Source: Candidatus Sulfomarinibacteraceae bacterium (GTDB lineage: Bacteria > Acidobacteriota > Thermoanaerobaculia > Thermoanaerobaculales > Sulfomarinibacteraceae). From it: a stretch of DNA of 64,000 nt. The DNA lies in assembly GCA_963776765.1 (NCBI GenBank), contig CAVZOK010000009.1, forward strand, positions 60,750-124,749. Reading direction: 5' to 3'. Below are positions 1-6,786 of this stretch, in pieces. The notes beneath the pieces were generated by a model that was given only the letters and a program-made list of their open reading frames with translations, had not been told where the DNA came from and did not search any database. Position 1 is the stretch's first letter. Each line of letters begins with the position of its first letter. The position numbers and the translations under genes are program-made.

Positions 1-253
1 CAGTGGTGGCCTGGACGATGTAGATGTCGCGTTCGAGTTCGCGGGCGGCGGCACAGGCGAGGGTCGTCTTGCCAACCCCTGGCTTGCCGAGAAGGCGGGG
101 GTTGAGCGGTGCGTCGTCCTCCGCGAAGAGCGACCACGCCGCAAGCAATTGCAGCAGCACCTCGCGCTGGCCGATCCAGGGCGGGATCTCTTGCACTGGC
201 CGCGCCAGGTGGAGCTCGATGCCGTCGATTTCGATGACCGGGTTCAGACTCAC
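1..253 (-). CDS. AAA+ ATPase (MoxR/CbbQ-like), N-terminal 84 codons; continues past window start
   Basis: Minus-strand frame is open to position 1 and absent from the ORF track because it has no stop in the window. GTG start at 253. Translation VSLNPVIEIDG...LLGKPGVGKTTLACAAARELERDIYIVQATT carries a Walker A P-loop (GKPGVGKT). Confidence 0.7.
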   Translation of the reverse strand, partial: MSLNPVIEIDGIELHLARPVQEIPPWIGQREVLLQLLAAWSLFAEDDAPLNPRLLGKPGVGKTTLACAAARELERDIYIVQATT

Positions 254-421
254 GGGACCTCCTTAGACGGAGTGGGTATTCTAACGCTCCTCCCGGGCAA
301 AGGAGAAAAGGAGCTGAGGAACGGAGGTCGTGGTGAAGGGACGATCCTCGTTGCTTGATTCTCGACCCTCAATCCACCGTTCCACCCGGATCTGCCCGAA
401 GATGGCGCGAATTGACGGGTT

Positions 422-440
422 GCATCCAGCATCCAGCATC
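422..440. repeat. Heptamer tandem array (GCATCCA x2.7) at left edge of four-helix-bundle cassette copy 1
   Basis: gcatccagcatccagcatc read directly. The same unit recurs at 1406-1419 just right of the cassette. Confidence 0.85.
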
Positions 441-442
441 AC

Positions 443-556
443 TGCTGTCCAAAACAAATCCACAGGTGACGTTGCCCATCTGATAACACAAGGGTTACGG
501 GTCGGTTTTCGGCCTTTCCAAGGCGAGGTTCCCTTCAACCAACTGATGCTGTCCAA
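443..556. repeat. 104-bp segment present only in cassette copy 1, bounded by the 10-bp direct repeat TGCTGTCCAA
   Basis: TGCTGTCCAA occurs at 443-452 and 547-556. Copy 2 has a single TGCTGTCCAA (36356-36365) and lacks the intervening sequence. Confidence 0.8.
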
Positions 557-784
557 GGCGCGGGCGACCGCGACAGGTAACAGCGGCAGTATTCAGCGGC
601 AGCGACAGAAAGCAGCGTCAGGAAACAGCGCAGCCATCAGCGACCGCGTCGGGGGCAGCACAACGCCGAGCCGCGGAGCGGCGACAGATGGATAGCCCGG
701 GGTGTCAACCCCGGATCTGGCTTCAGATTTCCCGTGACGCCAGCATGATCACCTCCGGGTCGTTCAACGGGCGAGATAGCTGCC

Positions 785-855
785 GAGTCGGCCGGTGTCA
801 AGGGCGGGCCGGCCCGGGGCCGGTTGCTTTGCAACCCTTGACACTGGCCGACTCG
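785..855 (+). other. Long leader hairpin (20-21 bp stem, 30-nt GC-rich loop) just upstream of the four-helix-bundle RBS
   Basis: 5' arm cgagtcggccggtgtcaaggg (785-804) pairs with cccttgacactggccgactcg (835-855). The one G.U pair in copy 1 (G794/T845) is G-C in copy 2. Confidence 0.6.
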
Positions 856-893
856 CCAGCTTTGGGGAAGGCATGAACGACCCGGAGGTGACC

Positions 894-1247
894 ATGTCCA
901 ACGCCGCCACGAAGCCAAACCTCATTGCCCATACGAAAGCCCTCGAAGCAGCAGGAATCGCGATCAAGCTGGTGATGAGGGTTCCCGCTCCTCTGAAGCC
1001 GATTGCCGATCAGGTGATCCGGTCGGCAAGCTCGGTTCCAGCTAACCTCGCAGAAGGGCACGGCCGCGTCGGAAGGGACCGGTCGAACCACTGGAGAATC
1101 GCCTACGCCTCGGCCAAAGAGGTCGACAGCCACTTGAAGCTCCTCGCGCACGCCGGGGCGATCAGTCAGACAGCCGCCCGTGACGTCATGAAGGCCTTCG
1201 ATCAGGTCCGTGCCATGACCTGGCGATTGCTCAACCCAAGGTCATGA
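894..1247 (+). CDS. Four-helix-bundle protein (23S rRNA intervening-sequence protein / Avd family, PF05635-like), 117 aa
   Basis: ATG at 894 is preceded by GGAGGTG (884-890). The sequence has family-typical IRSASSVPANLAEGHGR ... EVDSHLKLL helices. The ORF-track start at 795 lies inside the leader hairpin and is unlikely. Confidence 0.85.
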   Translation: MSNAATKPNLIAHTKALEAAGIAIKLVMRVPAPLKPIADQVIRSASSVPANLAEGHGRVGRDRSNHWRIAYASAKEVDSHLKLLAHAGAISQTAARDVMKAFDQVRAMTWRLLNPRS

Positions 1248-1442
1248 TTTCAGTTATATATCCCAGTCAGACTGGATGCTGTCGCTGCCGCCGCCTCTGA
1301 TCGCTGACGCTGATTGCTGTCGCTGGTGGCTGCCACTGCACCTGCCGCTGCAATGCCTCGCCAGTCAAATCTGAGTCGGCTTCCCGAGACGCTGTCTTGG
1401 ACAAGAATCCAGCATCCAGTGAGCACGGGGGTTCCCGATTCA

Positions 1443-2534
1443 TCACTTTCCAATTCGCACTGGCATGCGACGAGATCCCCAATCCCCTGGGGGACCGTCG
1501 AAACGCCCGGCGCACTGGGCTCCACAGTCGAGACAGCGTCCGTGGTCGTCAAGCTTCCAAGTTCCGAGTTGGTACCAGTCACGGCCGATGATCATTTGAC
1601 CGCAGCCATGGCAATAGGTTGAGCCACCAGCTTGATCGACGACGTTGCCGGTGTAAGCGTGGTGGACGCCGTTGGCACGAGCGATTTCACGCGCCCGGCT
1701 CAACGTTTTCGGGGGAGTGGGTGGCAGCTGGTTCATTTTGAAGTCTGGATGAAAGGCAGTGAAGTGCATCGGCACGTCTGGACCGAGGACCTCCACGACC
1801 CAGCCGGTCATTTCATCGATCTCGGCTTCGGAGTCGTTTTCACCGGGTATCAACAGAGTGGTGAGCTCAACCCACACGTCTGTTTCCCTGACCAGGTACT
1901 CGAGAGTCTCGAGCACAGGCTGTAGGCTGCCGCCGCAGAGTCTTTTGTAGAAACCCTCGGTAAATGCCTTGAGGTCGACATTGGCAGCATCCATCGCAGC
2001 AAAAAATTCCTGCCGCGGTTCGGCACAGATCTCCCCCGCGGTGACTGCGACATTGGCGATGCCGTGCTCACGGCATGCGGCGGCGACGTCAACCGCGTAC
2101 TCGAGGAAGATGACTGGGTCGTTGTAGGTGTAGGCAACACTCCGGCACCCGACCGAGGAGGCGGCGCGGGCGATCGCCTCCGGTGAGGCTGCATCGGCGA
2201 GGGTATCGGCCTGACGCGACTTGGAGATCGACCAGTTCTGACAGAATTTGCAGGCCAGGTTGCAGCCCGCGGTGCCGAACGAAAGAACGCTGGTGCCGGG
2301 GAAGAAGTGGTTCAGCGGCTTCTTCTCGATCGGATCGACGCAAAACCCCGATGAACGGCCATAGGTGGTCAGGACGACGCCGCCATTCGAGTTCTGGCGG
2401 ACGAAGCAGAAACCCCGCTGGCCCTCCTTGAGCTTGCACAGGCGCGGGCAGAGCTCGCAGACAACGCGCCCGTCGCCGAGCGCGCTCCAATAACGACCGG
2501 GAACCACGGATTTCACTGATTCTCCATTGACCAT
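1443..2534 (-). CDS. amrS: AmmeMemoRadiSam-system radical SAM enzyme
   Basis: Radical SAM CNLACKFC (Cx3Cx2C), family-typical N-terminus GRYWSALGDGRVVCELCPRLCKLKEGQRGFCFVR, VDPIEKKPLNHF, and C-terminal CHGCG...CLDCG. ATG at 2534 is preferred over TTG at 2552. Confidence 0.85.
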   Translation of the reverse strand: MVNGESVKSVVPGRYWSALGDGRVVCELCPRLCKLKEGQRGFCFVRQNSNGGVVLTTYGRSSGFCVDPIEKKPLNHFFPGTSVLSFGTAGCNLACKFCQNWSISKSRQADTLADAASPEAIARAASSVGCRSVAYTYNDPVIFLEYAVDVAAACREHGIANVAVTAGEICAEPRQEFFAAMDAANVDLKAFTEGFYKRLCGGSLQPVLETLEYLVRETDVWVELTTLLIPGENDSEAEIDEMTGWVVEVLGPDVPMHFTAFHPDFKMNQLPPTPPKTLSRAREIARANGVHHAYTGNVVDQAGGSTYCHGCGQMIIGRDWYQLGTWKLDDHGRCLDCGAQCAGRFDGPPGDWGSRRMPVRIGK

Positions 2535-2570
2535 TGATGATGCCCTCTTCAAGGGATGTCAAGCGTTCTA

Positions 2571-2608
2571 GAATTCCGGAATTCGGAATTCGGAAATCGG
2601 AATTCGGA
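2571..2608. repeat. Heptamer tandem array (GAATTCG-type, ~5 units)
   Basis: gaattccggaattcggaattcggaaatcggaattcgga lies in the divergent region between amrS and the hydrolase gene. It is the reverse complement of the array at 14622-14655. Confidence 0.9.
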
Positions 2609-2687
2609 GCACCCGGAGACTCGCTAAGGCGAGCGATCAATCGAAAAGATCGAATAACCTCGTCAGGATGGAGGTTGCCCACACGAT

Positions 2688-3425
2688 ATGAGTTGCGCCG
2701 ATTTGCACCGAGACGTACCGCTGGACTTCGATTCGAGCGAGCTGAAACCGCCGTCACGTTGGCAGCTCTTGCGCGAGGGCAGGGTCGTCTTCGAGCGTCT
2801 GGCGCTTTCGGCGATGCTCGATAGGATTCGTTCCGAGGCACCTCGTGGGCACGGCGAGCCGATCATGGTGGTACCGGGATTCGCGACCGACGACAGCTGG
2901 ACGGCACGCCTCGTTGGTTTTCTGTCCTCGATCGGCTACCGAGCGGTCGGGTGGGGTCTCGGCCGAAACCACGGCAATGTGCCGAAGATGATTCCAGCCG
3001 TTATTGAACGAGCCGCGCGCTTGGCCGAGGCCGAAGAGCAGACCATTCGTTTGATCGGTTGGAGCCTCGGCGGCTATCTCGTTCGCGAGGCGGCGCGCGA
3101 TCGGCCGGATTTGGTCGAGCGCGTGATCACACTGGGCGCTCCTGTGGTCGGCGGACCGAAATACACGGCTTCCGCTCCGATGTACATCCGACGCGGATAT
3201 GACCTCGAGGAAATTGCCGCCGCCGTCGTCGAGCGCGAAACAAAGCCCATCGAGGTGCCGGTGTTCGCCATCTACAGCCGCTCCGATGGCGTCGTCGCTT
3301 GGCGCGCATGTATCGACCGATTTGACAATCCTCGCGTCGAGCATCACGAGGTCAGCTCGAGCCACCTCGGTCTGGTCAACTCGCCACGAGTCTTTCGCCT
3401 CGTCGCCGACCTGCTAACGCAGTAA
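2688..3425 (+). CDS. Alpha/beta-hydrolase (lipase/esterase-like)
   Basis: Nucleophile elbow GWSLGG, plus MVVPGF and SRSDGVV motifs typical of the fold. Start is uncertain. Confidence 0.7.
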   Translation: MSCADLHRDVPLDFDSSELKPPSRWQLLREGRVVFERLALSAMLDRIRSEAPRGHGEPIMVVPGFATDDSWTARLVGFLSSIGYRAVGWGLGRNHGNVPKMIPAVIERAARLAEAEEQTIRLIGWSLGGYLVREAARDRPDLVERVITLGAPVVGGPKYTASAPMYIRRGYDLEEIAAAVVERETKPIEVPVFAIYSRSDGVVAWRACIDRFDNPRVEHHEVSSSHLGLVNSPRVFRLVADLLTQ

Positions 3426-3564
3426 CGGGTGCCATAACGGGTGCCTAACGGGTGCCACGTTCACCATTGCACCATTGTCAGAAGGCACTCACTCCACGGA
3501 TCCATCGAGGGACAATGGTGCAATGGTGAACGTGGCACCCCGCAGGGTGGCACCCCGCAGGGTG
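3425..3564. repeat. Palindromic element with 29-bp perfect inverted repeat and repeat-built outer arms
   Basis: ggtgccacgttcaccattgcaccattgtc (3451-3479) is the exact reverse complement of 3511-3539, with a 31-nt loop. The arms extend as GGGTGCC tandem units on both sides. Confidence 0.9.
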
Positions 3565-3684
3565 ATAGCAGACATCCTGCCGACGTTGAGGAAGGACAGA
3601 TCCTGATCCTGAGATACCATTGGGGCATAGGATATTTTCCTGAAATCTCTTGATCTGGAGTGCGGATGGCGAAGGGAGAGACTC

Positions 3685-4236
3685 ATGGATGAAGAAATGC
3701 TGGAGCAAATCGAGGTTCCAGCCGAAGACGATCCCGCCCTCGATCCCGCAATGATCGAGGTGGCATTTCAGAAGTTCGAGCAAGAGCAGAGCATCGGCGG
3801 TGGGTTTCTGGCCGGTGGCGTGGCAGCTCTGGTGGGCGCCGGGGTGTGGGCCCTCGTCACCGTCTTGACCGGTTTTCAGATCGGGTTCATGGCGATCGGA
3901 GTTGGCTTCCTGGTCGGGCTCGCGGTGCAGTTCGCCGGCAAGGGCATCAATAAAATCTTTGGTGTTATGGGCGCCGCTCTGGCGCTGGTTGGCTGTCTCC
4001 TGGGGAATTATTTCACGGTGGTTCATTTCGTCGGTGAGGCAGAGGGTCGTGGATTCTTCGATACTCTGACCCGAATCAGTCCGGCCGCGGTTCCAGAATT
4101 GATGTCGATCACCTTCAGCCCGATGGACCTCATCTTCTACGGCATCGCCGTGTATGAGGGCTACAGACTGTCATTTCGCAAGATCACGCACGAGGAAGTA
4201 CAGGCCGCCATCACGGGCATTCCTGCTGGATTGTAG
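3685..4236 (+). CDS. Hypothetical membrane protein (Gly-rich TM helices)
   Basis: 183-aa ORF with an acidic N-terminus followed by 4 hydrophobic Gly-zipper-like segments. I recognise no family. Confidence 0.55.
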   Translation: MDEEMLEQIEVPAEDDPALDPAMIEVAFQKFEQEQSIGGGFLAGGVAALVGAGVWALVTVLTGFQIGFMAIGVGFLVGLAVQFAGKGINKIFGVMGAALALVGCLLGNYFTVVHFVGEAEGRGFFDTLTRISPAAVPELMSITFSPMDLIFYGIAVYEGYRLSFRKITHEEVQAAITGIPAGL

Positions 4237-4242
4237 AGGTCT

Positions 4243-4282
4243 GACGGCTAAACGGCTATACGGGTAGACGGCTATACGGCGG
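4243..4282. repeat. 8-mer tandem array (ACGGCTAT-type, ~5 units)
   Basis: gacggctaaacggctatacgggtagacggctatacggcgg begins 7 nt after the stop of 3685..4236. Confidence 0.85.
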
Positions 4283-4338
4283 ATCGGATTCATCCACTTG
4301 CCCTGTTCCAGGACCTTCCGCCGCGGCCAAAGCTCCGA

Positions 4339-4375
4339 CTGGTGGGCGGCAAATCCGAAATCCGAAATCCGAAAT
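4339..4375 (+). repeat. Box+tail element: CTGGTGGGCGG + (AAATCCG)x3.7
   Basis: Read directly. The box is identical to the one 47 nt downstream. Confidence 0.9.
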
Positions 4376-4385
4376 AGAAAGGGGG

Positions 4386-4430
4386 CTGGTGGGCGGAATT
4401 CCTAATTCCTCATTCCTAATTCCTCATTCA
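4386..4430 (+). repeat. Box+tail element: CTGGTGGGCGG + (AATTCCT/CATTCCT)x4.5
   Basis: Read directly. The last unit contains the fahA stop codon (4428-4430). Confidence 0.9.
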
Positions 4431-5711
4431 TCCCCGTGTCGGTAATAGCGTTCCAGTCACGTCACCGAAGCCGATCTTGACTCCGTCCCTTTCACACCAA
4501 CCCGTCATCGTGACGGTGTCGCCATCGGCCAGGAACTTCCGTTCCTCTCCGTTGGGAAGCTCGACCGTCTCGGTGCCTTTCCAACTCAGTTCGAGCATCG
4601 AACCGCGCTCGTGCTTCTCAGGCCCGCTGATGGTCCCAGAACCGTAGAGATCGCCCGGTCGCGCGTTGCAGCCATTGACCGTATGGTGGGCGAGCTGCTG
4701 ACAGATACTCCAGTACATGTATTTGAAGTTGGAGCTGGCGATGGTGGCCGGGTCGGTCATGGTCTCCGACTGCAGCGCCACTTCAAGATAAATGTCGTAG
4801 GCGCAGTCTCCTGGATTCTTGAGGTACTCGAGGGGTTCCGGATCTATTTGTGCCGGACCGGCGCAACGGAAGGGTTCGAGGGCGTCCATGGTGACCACCC
4901 ACGGAGAGATCGAGGTGCCGAAGTTTTTTCCGAGGAATGGCCCGAGGGGCACGTACTCCCATTTTTGGATATCACGAGCCGACCAGTCGTTGACGAGCAC
5001 CATGCCGAATATGTGCTCCATCGTGTCTGCGATCGGAACTGGTTCGCCAAGGGCGTTGCCTGGGCCGACAAAGAAGCCCATTTCGAGCTCAAAATCCATC
5101 AATCGGCTCGGCCCGTAAGTCGGACTGTCGGCATCGTCGGCCTTGGTCTGGCCCATGGGTCGGCGCACATCAGTGCCGCTCACAACCACCGAACTCGAAC
5201 GACCGTGGTAGCCGACCGGCAGATGCAGCCAGTTGGGCTGGAGGGCGTTGTCGGGGCCGCGAAACATAACCCCTACGTTGGTGGCGTGCTCCCGTGACGA
5301 GTAGAAATCGGTGTAGTCGCCGATTGCTGCCGGCAGCAGCATTTCGACTCCCGATCGGGGATAGAAGGCCGCCTTTCGGACGGCGGCGTCGTCACGCAAG
5401 GTAGGCTCGTCTGCACGGAGCAGTTGGGTCAGCCGGCCCCTCGCTTCGCGCCAGGCGGCGGGCCCGAGGGCCATGAAGGCATTGAGCGTCGGCTCTCGGA
5501 GAGCATCGCCGCCGCCGAGTTTGCGGCCGTTGAGCAGGCCTCGATCGACGAGGAGCGAAAGATCGAGGACTGCGTCACCGATCGCGACTCCGATCCGAGG
5601 TTTGAGCCCGGCCGCTGGCCGAAAGACCCCAAAGGGCAGATTGTGGATCGGAAAGTGCGAGTCGGCTGGAACGTCGACGAAGGAACGAAGATTGAGATCG
5701 ATGGTGGTCAT
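4428..5711 (-). CDS. fahA: Fumarylacetoacetase
   Basis: Near-colinear with eukaryotic FAH: [74 protein letters not shown]. The ATG at 5711 overlaps the upstream stop (ATGA). Confidence 0.92.
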   Translation of the reverse strand: MTTIDLNLRSFVDVPADSHFPIHNLPFGVFRPAAGLKPRIGVAIGDAVLDLSLLVDRGLLNGRKLGGGDALREPTLNAFMALGPAAWREARGRLTQLLRADEPTLRDDAAVRKAAFYPRSGVEMLLPAAIGDYTDFYSSREHATNVGVMFRGPDNALQPNWLHLPVGYHGRSSSVVVSGTDVRRPMGQTKADDADSPTYGPSRLMDFELEMGFFVGPGNALGEPVPIADTMEHIFGMVLVNDWSARDIQKWEYVPLGPFLGKNFGTSISPWVVTMDALEPFRCAGPAQIDPEPLEYLKNPGDCAYDIYLEVALQSETMTDPATIASSNFKYMYWSICQQLAHHTVNGCNARPGDLYGSGTISGPEKHERGSMLELSWKGTETVELPNGEERKFLADGDTVTMTGWCERDGVKIGFGDVTGTLLPTRG

Positions 5712-6682
5712 TCCTGGTGGGCTCCTTCTCCCATGAATCCGAAGGCCCGCAGATCGTCGCGCGGCTCCGAAAAGCTGCAACTGCCAAAGCTCGTGAGAAC
5801 GGCTTGTCGGGCCTCGGCCACGAGGTCGGAGGTGGCCTCGGTATCGCGCCACGCGAGCCGATCCGGTGCGAGGACAAATGCCTCCGGATCAGTTTCGGCG
5901 ACGATATCGATCAGTTTGATCACAGGCAGATCATGGACGTACGCCAACGCCGAGGCCGCAAAAAGATTGATGAATCCGTGGACCATGGTGTCGAGCTCCG
6001 GGTCGTGGTGCCGGAATGGGTGGTGCAGCCCCTGGGTGGCCTTGAGAGGGACACCGGTTGCCCGACAGGTCGCGATCGCCGCCGCCACCGCCGTAACCTC
6101 GGGTATTGCAGCCGCATCGAGACCCCCGCACCGAATTTTGAGGCCGACGCGGTTTTGGTCGCCGGCCTTGCGGTCGGCATCGCGAACAGCCGCGGCTGCT
6201 GCCGGGAGTCGTGGCCGCCACTCTCCGAGCATTGAAACTTCGAAAAACGGTGTCAACGCGCGAGATCCGTTGCCGGTCAGCCGGAGTGAGGCCTGATTTA
6301 CCGCGACCGCCGCACCGCCGGCCTCCGGGAGGCGAACTTCGAAGGCATCCACCACGACCCGATCTGCAAGGCTTGTGGAGAACGCGGCCATGAGTTTTTC
6401 GTCCTGATCGGCTGCTTCGAGAAAGCTTTCGAGGTTGTCGCCACCGCGTCCCAACACCGAGACGGTGATCGGCAGCTGTGACGTGTCGGCTGCCGAAATC
6501 AGCGGTTCGAGCTCCTCGAGACGGCCCGCCGGACAGACAAAGCGTGCCAGCATCCAACCGTCATCTGACGAGCGGTGTTCGGCAAAACGAGCGAAGGCCT
6601 CGTCCATCGGCAACTTCGCCGGTGGAAAGAGCCCGGCATAATCGATGATGCCGCTGAAGAGGGATTTCGCGCACTCGTTCAT
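5708..6682 (-). CDS. Conserved hypothetical protein, translationally coupled to fahA
   Basis: 324-aa ORF with coding-like composition. Motifs [17 protein letters not shown] and [11 protein letters not shown] do not map to a family I can name. The stop overlaps the fahA start. Confidence 0.65.
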   Translation of the reverse strand: MNECAKSLFSGIIDYAGLFPPAKLPMDEAFARFAEHRSSDDGWMLARFVCPAGRLEELEPLISAADTSQLPITVSVLGRGGDNLESFLEAADQDEKLMAAFSTSLADRVVVDAFEVRLPEAGGAAVAVNQASLRLTGNGSRALTPFFEVSMLGEWRPRLPAAAAAVRDADRKAGDQNRVGLKIRCGGLDAAAIPEVTAVAAAIATCRATGVPLKATQGLHHPFRHHDPELDTMVHGFINLFAASALAYVHDLPVIKLIDIVAETDPEAFVLAPDRLAWRDTEATSDLVAEARQAVLTSFGSCSFSEPRDDLRAFGFMGEGAHQE

Positions 6683-6786
6683 GGTTTTGCCCTGCTATTT
6701 CGTGAACTCGAGGCGGTATGGTATCACCCGCCGCTGGCTCCCGGGTTCTTCTTCCTCAGCTACAATGCCGCGGCGGAGGAGCCTCG

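Larger units (their letters stand above)
547..1405 (+). repeat. Repeated cassette copy 1 (~859 bp): structured leader + four-helix-bundle gene + trailer
   Basis: Aligns base-for-base with 36356-37206, with about 20 substitutions and 3 small indels by eye. Ends carry TGTCCAAG (left) and CTTGGACA (right) as 8-bp inverted termini. Confidence 0.9.

Noticed and set aside
637-918. ORFs inside the cassette leader, trailer and repeat clusters (637..918, 764..967, 1250..1582, 34205..34570, 36524..36718)
   Set aside because: They are encoded by repeated structured DNA on both strands and lack RBS. They are duplicated only because the underlying repeat is duplicated.
547-1405. Diversity-generating retroelement, because the four-helix-bundle protein is Avd-like
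   Set aside because: The window has no reverse transcriptase and no template/variable repeat pair. Substitutions between the two cassette copies are not adenine-specific and are mostly synonymous.
3478-4026. 182-aa minus-strand ORF overlapping the palindrome and the 3685..4236 gene
   Set aside because: It begins inside the palindromic element and is antisense to a more plausible membrane-protein ORF. Its composition is not protein-like.
4385-4392. Exact E. coli Chi octamer GCTGGTGG inside the conserved box
   Set aside because: Only one exact occurrence. Other boxes vary (GGGTGGGTGG, GGGGTGGATGG, GGAGGTTGGCGG), and Chi sequences are lineage-specific, so this is probably coincidental.
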